DNA of 58,589 nt from Holophagales bacterium UBA5704 (GTDB taxonomy: Bacteria; Acidobacteriota; Thermoanaerobaculia; Multivoradales; UBA5704), in assembly GCA_002420005.1 (NCBI GenBank), contig DIHE01000067.1:4229-62817 (forward strand), written 5' to 3'. Both the position numbers and the translations under genes were made by a program. Below are positions 29,799-40,074 of the stretch, piece by piece (position 1 is the first letter of the stretch; each line of letters starts with the position of its first letter). The notes under the pieces were generated by a model. That model searched no databases. It was not told the DNA's origin and was given only the letters and a program-made list of their open reading frames with translations.

Positions 29799-30452
29799 AT
29801 GAACCGCACCGACCAGACGTCGCCCAGCCAGATCGCTCCGCTTCCGGAACCCCTCTCTCCGGATCTCCCGACCATCGAACAGCTCGTCTCCCTCTGCTTG
29901 CCGGACTACCTGCGGATCGTGGAACCTGACTCGGCAAGGCACATGGACCTCTCCTCCTGCGAGATCCTCCCCGCGCCTCCCGAGCCCGCAGACCGCCTCG
30001 TCCGCGCCCAGGTCTCCTCTCGCCGCGGTTTGACCATCCACGTCCGCGTCCTGATCGAGCCGGACCCCCTGCCGGCGGAGGACGTTCCCGCGAGGCTCCT
30101 CAGCGTCCTGCAGGAAGCCGCCCTTCCCTACGGAGCACCGATCCTCCTCTCGATCTTCAGCCTCAACGGAGACAGCCCCGGGGTTGGCCTCGAATCTGCG
30201 ACCCTCTCCTCCCTTCTAAACATCGAATTCATCAGGGCCTACTACACCGCGTGGTGCCTCTCCTCATCCTCCGCCGACTCTCACCTGCAACGCCCCGAAC
30301 CCCTCGCCTGGGCGCTCGCTCCCTACATGCACTCGCCGACGCGCACCCAGCCGGAGCTCTTCGCAGCCGCGCGCGACCGAGCCCTGGCAGCCGAGCTTCC
30401 CGACGACCTCCGCGGCGCTCTCCTCTCCTTTCTTCCTCCCGACGTGCGTTGA
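29799..30452 (+). CDS. Degenerate Rpn/PD-(D/E)XK-like protein
   Basis: LPDYLRIVEP...LQRPEPLAWALAPYM resembles Rpn-type proteins; catalytic residues not evident. Confidence 0.45.
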   Translation: MNRTDQTSPSQIAPLPEPLSPDLPTIEQLVSLCLPDYLRIVEPDSARHMDLSSCEILPAPPEPADRLVRAQVSSRRGLTIHVRVLIEPDPLPAEDVPARLLSVLQEAALPYGAPILLSIFSLNGDSPGVGLESATLSSLLNIEFIRAYYTAWCLSSSSADSHLQRPEPLAWALAPYMHSPTRTQPELFAAARDRALAAELPDDLRGALLSFLPPDVR

Positions 30453-30995
30453 CCGGCCACAATCTTGCGGGCCGGCCCGGGCTGCCGGGCCGGTCGAAGC
30501 CCCGGCGCTTCCGGGGCCGGTGATGCTCGCGCTCGCCTCCTGACGGTTCCCGCCGTCAACCTCTTCGGGTCGGCTGTTTCTCGATCGACGCGCTCCTCTG
30601 ACCGTCCTGGGTTCAAGGGGCGCCACCGCCAGGCCGCCGCCGGCCGGCCCGGGGGGCAGCCTCCCGACCCTGTCTCTCAAGATCTCGACGCGCTCCTTCC
30701 GGCTGGGTTCCTCGGTGGGCAGCTCGGGAACCCCCTCCCCGTTGCTTCGAGGCAGGCCGGGGTGGGCGGCTTCGTCGACGTGCTGGTTCGACGCTTGCTC
30801 CGTGCACGTCGCCGGAACGGACGGGCGTTCGCGCGGAGGACCCCGCCAGGCAAACAGCGCCAGTCACGGCCTCCGCCTTCAGCGACCGCCCTCGACGTCC
30901 ACCTCGCGCGCTTCTGCCTCCTGCAGTTCGTTGGCCCAGGTCCTCAGGGCCGGGTGAAGGACCTGGGAACCAACGAACTTTCAAGGAGGCAGACA

Positions 30996-31484
30996 ATGAC
31001 CAGCACCGCCAAGACGAAGACCACCCCCCCCTCGGCCACCTTCTACGGCAACGTCGGGAACGATCCCGAGACACTCTCCTTCGAGGCCCGCTCGGAACTC
31101 GTCACGGTCTACGATCCCATCATCGATGACATGGTCGAAAAGCTCATCGACGCCCCGGCCAGCTCCGCCCTGCGCTTCAGTGTCGCCGTCAACTACAAGG
31201 ACGGAGAGGAGGACCGCACCCGCTGGATCAACATCTTCGACCCCGAGAAGCTCGCCGCCAAGAACCTGGTCCGCAAGGGCGACCGCGTCAAGATCACCGG
31301 CTACTTCCGCACCCGCCAGGGCATCGACACGAAGACCGGCGAGCCCAGGGAGTACCGCAACCTCGTCCTCCAAGCCCTCCACGTCGAGAAGCGCAAGGTT
31401 CGCGAGCTCCCCGCCGAAGCCCCGGCCGCCGAGGCCACTCCGGAGCCGACGACCACGCCCCGCCGGACGCGCAAGGCGAGCTGA
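30996..31484 (+). CDS. ssb: Single-stranded DNA-binding protein (divergent)
   Basis: YGNVGNDPE, FSVAVN, TRWINI, VRKGDRVKITG; AAGGAGG RBS. Confidence 0.8.
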   Translation: MTSTAKTKTTPPSATFYGNVGNDPETLSFEARSELVTVYDPIIDDMVEKLIDAPASSALRFSVAVNYKDGEEDRTRWINIFDPEKLAAKNLVRKGDRVKITGYFRTRQGIDTKTGEPREYRNLVLQALHVEKRKVRELPAEAPAAEATPEPTTTPRRTRKAS

Positions 31485-31569
31485 CCAGCCGGGAGTGGCG
31501 GGGCCTCCTCCCCAGGGGGCTCCGCTTCTCCGATCCCTTCGAACCGAACGAACCGTAAGGAGGCTCCAG

Positions 31570-31743
31570 ATGACCGATGCAAAGCGTGAGAAGCGCGACG
31601 AGCTACGCCGGAAACTTCGTGCCTATGTCGAGGAGAAGCGGAAGCGGCACGTCCAACCCGATCCGCCTCCCCGCTACGACGAGGTCTACTTTGAGGGCAC
31701 CGCCTGGCTCGATCGGATGGCCCGCGGCGAAGTGGAGGATTGA
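31570..31743 (+). CDS. Small hypothetical protein
   Basis: AAGGAGG RBS; MTDAKREKRDELRRKLRAYVEEKRK. Confidence 0.55.
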   Translation: MTDAKREKRDELRRKLRAYVEEKRKRHVQPDPPPRYDEVYFEGTAWLDRMARGEVED

Positions 31744-31869
31744 AGACCGCTCGACAAGATCCCGGGGGGACGGTCATTGCCGAAGCCGCCTCCCCATGCG
31801 AGAATCCCCGCTCATGGCGACAGACAAGCTCAGGGACGATGGGGAAGGCCCCACCGATGGGAGATCAGG

Positions 31870-32766
31870 ATGAGTCACAATCTTGTGCTCGGCGTCGCGC
31901 TGGCGGTGAGCCTCACTGCGACCATGGCAGCTCATGGGCAGCCAACGGACACGAGCGCGTCTCAGGGAGCCGTCCCGGCCAGTGAGCAATGCCTATCCAA
32001 TTTCAGCAAGGAGGGCGGTTTTCTCAAGGGCACGACCTACCGCAGCCATGCGGATTATTACGGCACGAACCGGGAGGCCGTGTTCGAGAAGGCCGCTCAG
32101 AGCTTGGCGGCCGGCGGCTGGCAGATCACCAATACCAACGGGGATATCGGTCTCATCACTGCGACGGAGCAGGCCGTCGGCGGCGGCAGGGAAAGCCCGC
32201 TGAGCGCCGTCATCAAACAGCAGGACGCCAGCACCGTGCGTGTGGAGATCACCTTTTCAGTAGGCCCCGGGATGAAGGCGGCGGACAACTCCGTTCGCAA
32301 CGGCTTCTGCAAGGTTCTGGGTGGAATTGATTTATCCCCGGAGTCAAGCGCGCAACCTGGGGCAACGGAGGCAACGGAACCAGTGGAGTCTCCAACCGCC
32401 GCCCCGGCCGGCGAGCAGTGTCAATCCAACTTCACCAAGGAGGGCAACTTCATCAAAGGCACGATCTATCGCAGCTTCGCCGATTTCTCCGGAATGGATC
32501 GCGGCAGCGTGTTCGAGAAGACGGCCCAGGGACTTGCGGCGAATGGCTGGCAGTTGACCACGATCAACAAAGACATCGGCCTGATCACCGCGATCGAGCA
32601 GGCCGTGGGCGGCGGCAGGAACAGCCCGCTGAGCGCCGCGGTCAAGCAACAGGGCGCCTCCACAGTGCGGGTCGAGATGAGCTTCTCTGTGGCTCCCGGG
32701 ATGAAGGCGCCGGACAATTCCGTCCGCGACTCCTTTTGCAAGGTCCTGACCGAAATCGCCCCCTGA
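31870..32766 (+). CDS. Secreted protein with two tandem ~120-aa homologous domains
   Basis: Signal peptide; EQCxSNFxKEG...FEKxAQ...GWQ...FCKVL occurs twice. Confidence 0.8.
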   Translation: MSHNLVLGVALAVSLTATMAAHGQPTDTSASQGAVPASEQCLSNFSKEGGFLKGTTYRSHADYYGTNREAVFEKAAQSLAAGGWQITNTNGDIGLITATEQAVGGGRESPLSAVIKQQDASTVRVEITFSVGPGMKAADNSVRNGFCKVLGGIDLSPESSAQPGATEATEPVESPTAAPAGEQCQSNFTKEGNFIKGTIYRSFADFSGMDRGSVFEKTAQGLAANGWQLTTINKDIGLITAIEQAVGGGRNSPLSAAVKQQGASTVRVEMSFSVAPGMKAPDNSVRDSFCKVLTEIAP

Positions 32767-32792
32767 CGGGCTCCCGGCGCCTTTTTCCCCCC

Positions 32793-35252
32793 TCAGAAAA
32801 CCCTCTCCTCCGCCTGCAGTGCCCCGGCCGGGGCCACCCGGGAGGCCCGGAGCGCCGGAAGCCAGCAGGCGGCCAGAGAGGCGGTCAGGATCACGGCGCC
32901 TGCCCCGAGGAAGGCCCCGGCGTCGTGCGGGACGACTCCTTCGAGAACGCTCGCCAGAAGGCGACCGAGGGCCAGCGCGAGGAAGCCCCCGATGGCCAAG
33001 CCGAGCCCTGCCAGGAGCAACCCTTCGCCTACTACCAGCCGCCGCAGAGACGCCGGGGTCGCCCCGAGCGCCAACCGTACACCGATCTCACCCCGCCTCC
33101 GGCTCACCTCGTAGGCAAGAAGGCCGTAGACACCAACCGCCGCGAGCAGGAGAGCCAGCCCGCCAAAAATACTCAGGAGGAGCCGCACGATCCGGTGGCG
33201 GCCCGTCGCCTTCGCCAGAACGTCGCCAAGTGGCCTGATCCGGGCTACCGGCACACCTGCATCCAGGCGCTTGACCTCGTCCCGCAGAATCGCGGCCAGC
33301 AGCTCCGGCGCGGCTCCGCGCACCGCCAGGTTCATGTTTCGATAGGGGAACTGCGTCTGGACGAAATACAGGGCCGGCTCGGCTTCCGACCCCAGGCCGA
33401 CATTCTTGACGTCTCCCACGACTCCGATGACCTCATAGTCTCTCCCCTCCTGGAAGGCGCTTCCCAAAGGGCCGAAGCTGCGGGTCCCGGAAGTGATTCG
33501 CTTTCCCACCGCCTCCCCCTGCGGCCAAGAGCGCCGGGCCAGCTCCCGGCTGACCACCACGACCGCCGGAGATGTGCTCAGGTCTCTCCGGTCAAAGGTC
33601 CTTCCGGCCAGGACCGGTACGCCCAGCGTCTCGAAATACCCGGCGCTCACCGTGACGTATTGAGCCCGCAGCTCCTCGCCGGAAGCTTCCGGCGACCGAT
33701 CCGGCAAGCTGTACCCGAGCCGCCAGCCCGGTTCCAGTGGAAGGAAGCCGGTGGCTCCCGCCGCGGTCACCGCGGGATGCTCTTCCAGCCGCTCCAACAG
33801 TCCGCTGTAGAGCTGGCTGACGCGATGCCAGTCTCCGTAGACCGCGAGGGGGAGAACCATGTGAGCGGTCAGAACCCCCTCCGGCTCGAAGCCGGGATCG
33901 TCTTCGAGCATCCGGTGGACGCTGCGAAGGGACAATCCGGCCCCGACGACCAGCATCATGGCCAGGGCCACCTCACCAACGACCATCGCCGCGCGGAGCC
34001 GGCGCAGTGCCGGCCCGGCGCCGATCCCTTTCCCTCCTCGCGCCGGAAGGAGACCCTCCCATCCGGCGCCGGCCAGCCCCAAGGCCGGAAGGGTCCCGCA
34101 GAGGAGCACAGTCAGCAGACCGAAGCCAAGGCCGTACCCGACCATCCGGGCATCAAAGCCGACTTCCGCCAGCCGCGGGAGGTCGTAGGGAGGAACAGCC
34201 ACCAAGAGGCGCACGCCGGCCCAGGCGATACCGAGCCCCGCGGCCGTACCAACCAGGCCCAGAAGCAGGCTCTCGGTCAGCAGCTGCCGGACCAACCGGC
34301 TTCGCGATGCTCCGAGAGCGGCACGCAAGGCCATTTCCTTCTCGCGGGCGACCCCACGAGCGAGCAGGAGGCCGGCGACGTTGACGCACCCGAGCAAGTG
34401 GAGAAGACTGACCGCCACCAGGAGAACCTTCAGTACCGGCCCGGACTCGCCGGTTATTTCCACCTGCAGAGGGACCAGCCGAGCGCTCCAATCCTTGTTG
34501 GAGCCGGGGTGCTCCTCACCGAGCCGTTCGCTCAGTGCCGCGAGCTTGCCCCGCGCCTGGTCCAGCGACACCCCGGGTCTGAGCCGTCCGATCGCTTCCA
34601 TGAAGTGGGCGTAACGGGTCCGATCCGTGAACGGCCAGCGGAGCCGTTGCCAGACATCGGTATCCCTTGGGAAGTGAAAACCCGCCGGCATCACTCCCGC
34701 CACCGTGTACAGCTCCCCGTTGAGCTGGACCGCCTTGCCGACGATCTTCGGATCGCTCCCGTAGCGCTCTCTCCAGAATCGGTCACTGATCACCGCCGCC
34801 AGGTTCCCGTCATACAGCGCGCCTTGCGTTTCGAATCCTGCTCCGAGGCGCGGCCTGACGCCGAGCACCGAGAACAGGTTCGCCGTCGCCTCGACGGCCG
34901 CCACGCGAACCGGCTCGCCCGCCGAGTCTGCGAGATTGACGTCTGGCTGCCACCAAGCCGCGGCATCCTCGAAAGCCCCGGGGAGTGCGCGGTAGTCGGC
35001 GAAATTGAGCGGCGCGACCCGCTCCTTCTCGACACCCTCCGGAAGGTTCGCCTCCCAGATCGCCACCAGACGATCCGGCTCTCTGTAGGGCAACGGAGCC
35101 ACCACCACGGACTCGACAACGTTCCAGACGCCCAGGGTCACCCCGATCCCCAGCGCGAGAGCGGCGATAATGAGCAAGGAGAACCCCGGGCTGCGGACCA
35201 GAAGCCGGCCGGCCAAGCGGAGATCCTGTAGCACGCTGCCCATGGAGATCAT
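32793..35252 (-). CDS. Duplicated MacB/FtsX-type ABC permease (ADOP-like)
   Basis: LQDLRLAGRLLVRSPGF, CVNVAGLLLAR, EMALRAALGASR, EIGVRLALGA. Confidence 0.92.
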   Translation of the reverse strand: MISMGSVLQDLRLAGRLLVRSPGFSLLIIAALALGIGVTLGVWNVVESVVVAPLPYREPDRLVAIWEANLPEGVEKERVAPLNFADYRALPGAFEDAAAWWQPDVNLADSAGEPVRVAAVEATANLFSVLGVRPRLGAGFETQGALYDGNLAAVISDRFWRERYGSDPKIVGKAVQLNGELYTVAGVMPAGFHFPRDTDVWQRLRWPFTDRTRYAHFMEAIGRLRPGVSLDQARGKLAALSERLGEEHPGSNKDWSARLVPLQVEITGESGPVLKVLLVAVSLLHLLGCVNVAGLLLARGVAREKEMALRAALGASRSRLVRQLLTESLLLGLVGTAAGLGIAWAGVRLLVAVPPYDLPRLAEVGFDARMVGYGLGFGLLTVLLCGTLPALGLAGAGWEGLLPARGGKGIGAGPALRRLRAAMVVGEVALAMMLVVGAGLSLRSVHRMLEDDPGFEPEGVLTAHMVLPLAVYGDWHRVSQLYSGLLERLEEHPAVTAAGATGFLPLEPGWRLGYSLPDRSPEASGEELRAQYVTVSAGYFETLGVPVLAGRTFDRRDLSTSPAVVVVSRELARRSWPQGEAVGKRITSGTRSFGPLGSAFQEGRDYEVIGVVGDVKNVGLGSEAEPALYFVQTQFPYRNMNLAVRGAAPELLAAILRDEVKRLDAGVPVARIRPLGDVLAKATGRHRIVRLLLSIFGGLALLLAAVGVYGLLAYEVSRRRGEIGVRLALGATPASLRRLVVGEGLLLAGLGLAIGGFLALALGRLLASVLEGVVPHDAGAFLGAGAVILTASLAACWLPALRASRVAPAGALQAEERVF

Positions 35253-35324
35253 GCCTCTCGCCAGGTCAGAAGGTGCCGGCGCGCACCTGCTTCGGCGTTT
35301 TCCCGCCGGCACCTTCGCCCTGGC

Positions 35325-35675
35325 TTACGACTTTGGAAACGGCTCCGTCTCGCGGACCTCGACGGACCCCCCGGAGAGGAGGATCGGGCACCCTTTCGCC
35401 ATCTCGTTGGCTTCGGCCTGGTCGGTGGCCTCGACGAGATAGAACCCGATCACCCCCTCCCGGGCTCCGTCGTACGGACCCTCGACACCGATCGCGCCCT
35501 CGCGGGACCGAACGGTCGTGCCCTCTGCGGAGCCCTTCAAGCGCTCGACCGCCCGCAGTGCTCCCGCTTGGTGGAGACCCCGGGTCCATTCCATGAATCG
35601 GGTCATCATCTCCGCCTCCGGCAAGCTCAGCGGCGCAGACTGGTCACGGCGAAGAATCAACAGATACAGCGCCAT
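35325..35675 (-). CDS. YCII/DGPF-family protein
   Basis: EGPYDGAREGVIGFYLVEA...GSVEVRE. Confidence 0.85.
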   Translation of the reverse strand: MALYLLILRRDQSAPLSLPEAEMMTRFMEWTRGLHQAGALRAVERLKGSAEGTTVRSREGAIGVEGPYDGAREGVIGFYLVEATDQAEANEMAKGCPILLSGGSVEVRETEPFPKS

Positions 35676-35705
35676 CGGATCTCCCCCTTTTCCTGGGTAC
35701 CTGCC

Positions 35706-36497
35706 TCAGCTTCTTTCTTTGATCGTTCTCACTTCGCCTTCCGTCAGGTAGTGGTCCGCGCCGTAGCGCAGGCTGGTCAGGTAGGCAACCGGTTCGCCCT
35801 TCGGGTCCTGCAGGTTGTACAGCGGCAGCCTGAACAGCAGCGCATGCCCACTCGGATCGTCGACCGGAGGTACCCGTGTGATGTGCTCGTTCATCAGGAG
35901 AATGGGCTCCTTGTTGAACACACTCAACCCGAGCTTGCGCAGCTCGAAAACCGCAGCGGTGGCAATCCTGCAGGCCTTGGGCTCTTCCGCGACCGAGTTG
36001 CCGTCTTCCCGGGGCTTCGTCGCGAAAATCTGCCCTGAAGAAAGGATGTCTGGATTGAGACGTACCGCGATCTCGCCGAGCGCTTCATTTCGCCCAAAGA
36101 GCCGCAGATCGACAATGTTCACCCGCACTTCAGCCGCGGCCCAATCGAAAGTGCTCGGGTGCGCCCGCGCGACTCGGAAATAACCCGAAAAATCGACCGA
36201 GAACTCTCCCATCCCTGGAATCGTGAAGACATCGGTTGAATGCAACCCGAGGTGATCGATGCCGCCGGCCGGGATCGTGAACTGCTTGACCTCCTGCGGG
36301 GCGAAGTTTTCTTTGAGCCCGGTCAGGTCTACCCGCGGCCCCCATTCCAGCCCACAGACCTCCGCTCCTGCGGGGCTCGCCCCTCCGACGAGCCCGGTGG
36401 CCGCCAAGCCACCGGCCAGGGCACCCGCACCGCCGAGAAACCCGCGGCGGCTGACGGTCGGCAGCTCGCTGTCGCTGGCCTTGCCATGCTCTCTCAT
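35706..36497 (-). CDS. Tat-exported hypothetical protein (DUF6073-like)
   Basis: SRRGFLGG twin-arginine signal; FNKEPILL. Confidence 0.6.
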   Translation of the reverse strand: MREHGKASDSELPTVSRRGFLGGAGALAGGLAATGLVGGASPAGAEVCGLEWGPRVDLTGLKENFAPQEVKQFTIPAGGIDHLGLHSTDVFTIPGMGEFSVDFSGYFRVARAHPSTFDWAAAEVRVNIVDLRLFGRNEALGEIAVRLNPDILSSGQIFATKPREDGNSVAEEPKACRIATAAVFELRKLGLSVFNKEPILLMNEHITRVPPVDDPSGHALLFRLPLYNLQDPKGEPVAYLTSLRYGADHYLTEGEVRTIKERS

Positions 36498-36849
36498 ATG
36501 GGTTTCCTTATCGCGAGGCTGCAGGGGGTTGCATCCCCCTGTTCCTTTGCGCCTTGTTGACGGCCACTGACCAAGCAATGCAGAGAGGCTCACCGGCCTG
36601 CGGTTGCCGCCTCGTGAAGGCCACAACCCAGGGACCCCTACAGAAGGTCACTGGCAACCGGGCAGCTGGACTAGGAGATTACCCTACGCCGATTGAAGGA
36701 TCTCGTCAATAGTTGCCTTGCTTCACTTCTTCCCGGAGCGCTCCCTGTAGCGTGGCCTGGAGCGCGTGCGCGCTCGTCCGAGTGGCGCGTCGGGCGGCCC
36801 GCTTCTCGAGTGCTCGCGCCGATGCCGCACTCAAGGCTGGCACCTGCGG

Positions 36850-36960
36850 CCGGGTCGGCCGGGTTGACCAGTGTGTCGTGCAGGTAGAGAGCGCGGACCT
36901 GATCGGGGTGGAGGTCCTCTCGCAGTCGCCGCAGTGCGGTGGACTTGCCGGCGCCCGCGC
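36850..36960 (-). pseudogene. Remnant of an ExeA-like AAA ATPase
   Basis: Short fragment GAGKSTALRRLREDLHPDQVRALYLHDTLVNPAD without the rest of the gene. Confidence 0.5.
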
Positions 36961-37076
36961 GCTGGTCGAAGTGGCGGCCGGTGTGATCGCCGATTCCTTT
37001 GCCCCCGCTCCATGAGACCTCTCGCCTCGCCACAAGGCACCCGCCTGGTGGCGCTCGAACCCTGACCGTTCCCTCT

Positions 37077-39383
37077 CTACTGCGCTGGCCGAGGGCTCAG
37101 CGCCAGCGTCCCGCCTGGTGAGAGGGTGCCTGCCACGCAGAGGCCTGCCTCGGGTGCCGGGCTGGCAAAGACGTTGGCCCCGCGGCGCTCCTGGAGGCAC
37201 GCTGCGTAGACACCGGGCGAGAGTTGGGGAAGCTCCAGAGTGCCGGGCTCGCCCCAACGCCCCAAGCCTTGGTCGGCGGCCCATTGCCGCAGGACCCCCA
37301 CGGGCACGAGGAGCCCATCGGCGAAGAGGTTGAGGCGATAGCCCCCCCTCCGCAGGCTCCCCACCTCGGGGAGCGTGAGCACGAGAGAGCCGGCCTCCGC
37401 GGCATTGAGCGACACCGCCAGTGCCCCGACGTCGAGCGGCCCCATCGCTTTGAAGGCGTGGCCCGGGGCGCTGATGAGCAGGGTGACCTGCCGGTGGCCG
37501 GCCGGAATGTCGGCGGCAAAGGAGCCGTCGGCGCCGGTTGTCGCGGTGGCGGCTCCGCCGGTGGAAGGGAATGGGCTGACCAGGATACGCGCGCCCGCGA
37601 CCGGCCCTACCGGCGAGGTCAAGACGCCGGTGTGATGCTGCAGTTTGCGAAGCTGCAATTCGACAGGCCCTGCCGGCATCCCATCAGCCACCGAGGTATA
37701 GACCCACTCACTGGAACCCTGCGGCGAGCCGGCACCGACTCGGACCCTGCCTTCCGGAAACCCCCGGACCTCGAACTCGCCAGCCGGCCCTGTTGGAACG
37801 TTCTGGTCGACCTCCTCACTCTCCACGGTCACAAAGGCGCGTTCGACCGGCTTGCCGGATTCGTCAACCACCCGGCCGAAGAGCTTCGTCTCGGGTATGT
37901 CGATCGAGAGGCGCGCCAAACCCGCAGGGTTGGGATTCACCTCGACCTCGGCGAGCGTGCGCACGACAGGTTCCGTGAGCTCCGTTTCGACGATCCAGAA
38001 ACCGCCTCGCGGCAATACGCCGGCAAAGTGGCCGTCCTGGTCCGCCTCCAGCTTGACCGAAAGAGCCGCTTGCCGGCCGCCGAACCAGAGGGTCCCGCGG
38101 ACCCCGTTGCTGCCCAGGCGCAACGTGCCCGTCAGGTCGACCAGGTCGAGGGTGATGGTCTGTGGCTCCGCTGTCGCCGGGTCGAAGAGGTGGCGGTCGT
38201 CGAAGTACATCCCGTTGCCCAAGGAGTCCGACAACTTCACCTCGAAGCGCCCGGCGGGCTGCCCCGGCACCTCCAGCCGACCCTCCGGCCCTACGCTGCC
38301 CTGAAAAACGGTTGCCGCACCGAGCCCGCCGGCGGATCGTGCACGGCTGATGCGCGCCTGCCACGGCCGCCCCAACCAGTCGAGGGGAGGCGTGATCTCG
38401 AAGACCAGATCAACCGGCTTGGTGAGCACGAGCGGGTCCCGAAAAAACGTTTCCGTTCCCGCGGCCACCTGCACGCCCGGTACTCTGGCCGCCGTGAACC
38501 CGGGCTGAAGGATCTCCACCACGTACATGCCGGGCGGCAGCCCGGTGAGCTGAAAGAATCCATCCTTCCGCACCGGCCTCTCCAACGCCTTGCGTGCAAG
38601 CCCGGCCGCGGCCTGCGGGCTCGCGCCGCCCGCAACGGCCGGTTCGGCCCGGGCGATGCAGCCTTCACCGAGTTGGCCGCCTTCCACCGTCACCCACCCG
38701 GCGATGGACGCTCCGGGTTTCAGCTCGAGGGTGCCGAGAGCGCCGGTCTCCCCAGCCTTGACCGCGATGCCCCAGAAGTAAACCGGGACGAACGGCTCCA
38801 CCACCGCCACCAGATCGTAGGTTGCCGCCGGAAGGGAGCACACCCACGTACCGTCCGGGATGACCGGGCAGTCCTGGGAACCCGGTGGAACCGGAGGACG
38901 CTGGAGGAACGCAGGCGGGGCCAACGTGGTGAGCCGGACGCTGCGGGGAAGCTTCGCCGGCTCAAGGCCTTTGATCTGGCCGGTCAGCCTGCCGAGAGGC
39001 CAGAGGCCCAGCCGGACCTGCTCCGGCCGCTCCGCGGTGCCGATGGTCACCATCGTACGGCGGACCCAGAAGCCTGGGACATCGCCGGAGATCTCCCAGA
39101 CCGACCCAGGCGGCAGGGCGAGCGAGCGGGGCTCCCGCGGCGCAGCAGGAAAGCGCAATGCGGTTTCCTCCGCTGCGTCCAGCCGTCGAAGAGTCAGCTC
39201 GCCGGCAGAGGGCCACCGGGTCGGCGTCACCAGATAAGGTGCGATGACGAGCGCGCCGGTGCTCGGCGGGGTTGGGGGCTCACTGCCTTGAGTCGCCAGA
39301 GGAGTGAGGACCAGGGCAGCCAGAGCCGCCCAACACACCACCATGGGCAAACGCCGACCTCCCTCCACCTGCGATCCCCTCAT
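37077..39383 (-). CDS. Secreted multi-beta-sandwich (carboxypeptidase-regulatory-like domain) protein
   Basis: Hydrophobic N-terminus; DGFFQLTGLPPGMY, GRVVDESGKPV; start overlaps the stop of the upstream Cys-rich gene. Confidence 0.8.
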   Translation of the reverse strand: MRGSQVEGGRRLPMVVCWAALAALVLTPLATQGSEPPTPPSTGALVIAPYLVTPTRWPSAGELTLRRLDAAEETALRFPAAPREPRSLALPPGSVWEISGDVPGFWVRRTMVTIGTAERPEQVRLGLWPLGRLTGQIKGLEPAKLPRSVRLTTLAPPAFLQRPPVPPGSQDCPVIPDGTWVCSLPAATYDLVAVVEPFVPVYFWGIAVKAGETGALGTLELKPGASIAGWVTVEGGQLGEGCIARAEPAVAGGASPQAAAGLARKALERPVRKDGFFQLTGLPPGMYVVEILQPGFTAARVPGVQVAAGTETFFRDPLVLTKPVDLVFEITPPLDWLGRPWQARISRARSAGGLGAATVFQGSVGPEGRLEVPGQPAGRFEVKLSDSLGNGMYFDDRHLFDPATAEPQTITLDLVDLTGTLRLGSNGVRGTLWFGGRQAALSVKLEADQDGHFAGVLPRGGFWIVETELTEPVVRTLAEVEVNPNPAGLARLSIDIPETKLFGRVVDESGKPVERAFVTVESEEVDQNVPTGPAGEFEVRGFPEGRVRVGAGSPQGSSEWVYTSVADGMPAGPVELQLRKLQHHTGVLTSPVGPVAGARILVSPFPSTGGAATATTGADGSFAADIPAGHRQVTLLISAPGHAFKAMGPLDVGALAVSLNAAEAGSLVLTLPEVGSLRRGGYRLNLFADGLLVPVGVLRQWAADQGLGRWGEPGTLELPQLSPGVYAACLQERRGANVFASPAPEAGLCVAGTLSPGGTLALSPRPAQ

Positions 39384-39742
39384 ACGCTCGGCCTGCCACC
39401 GCCGCCCGAGCAGGTGAAACACTCGGCAGAGCAGAAGCCCGCCGTGTTGCAACTGCTCCCACCACCACCACCGCTCCCAGAGCCACCCGAACCACCACCA
39501 CCAGCGTTGATATCGGAGCAGAAGTTACCGGACTCGTGGCAATCGTACTTAGCTGAAAAGTAGTCATAGACCGTCTGGCAGAACTCAGCGCCGGTCTCTC
39601 CTTCCATCACCGGGTCGCAATACCAGGAGTTACCCGGAAAGCTGAAGATCTCACAGGTGGCGCAGGCTGCCACCTCGGTCGAGCTGCCAAGAAGCAGCCC
39701 GCAAGCTACTGCGATGCCCCCGATCAGTCGCTTGAACATCAT
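39380..39742 (-). CDS. Secreted Cys-rich mini-protein with Gly-rich linker
   Basis: AAAGGAG RBS; signal peptide; 6 Cys, then GGGGSGGSGSGGGGG, then CNTAGFCSAECFTC. Confidence 0.8.
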   Translation of the reverse strand: MMFKRLIGGIAVACGLLLGSSTEVAACATCEIFSFPGNSWYCDPVMEGETGAEFCQTVYDYFSAKYDCHESGNFCSDINAGGGGSGGSGSGGGGGSSCNTAGFCSAECFTCSGGGGRPSV

Positions 39743-40074
39743 GAACCTCTCTCCTTTGCTTCCGGCCCTGGCCACGCAGGGTGACGCCCCCCTGGGGCAA
39801 GCCGGTAACATTGAATGCGAATCTGCCCCACAAGCGGAGTCTCCTCGACCTTCCAGTGACCTGTCAATGCCGGAAATCCGTAACAGCGGGGACTGCCCGA
39901 GCGACTCCCTGCAAATACAATCCCTTACGCCGATTGATTTCGTGACCACCGGAGAATTCTGGCACCTGCAAGGGGGTGGCCTGAGTTTGCGGCGCCCCGG
40001 CTCCCTGTTCGGGGGCGGCGCCCGGGCGGGCAGCTTGGCCTTACACGCGGCGCATAGCTATCCCCCGAACCGCA

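Noticed and set aside
32418-35231. 937-aa plus-strand ORF
   Set aside because: Antisense shadow of the ABC permease
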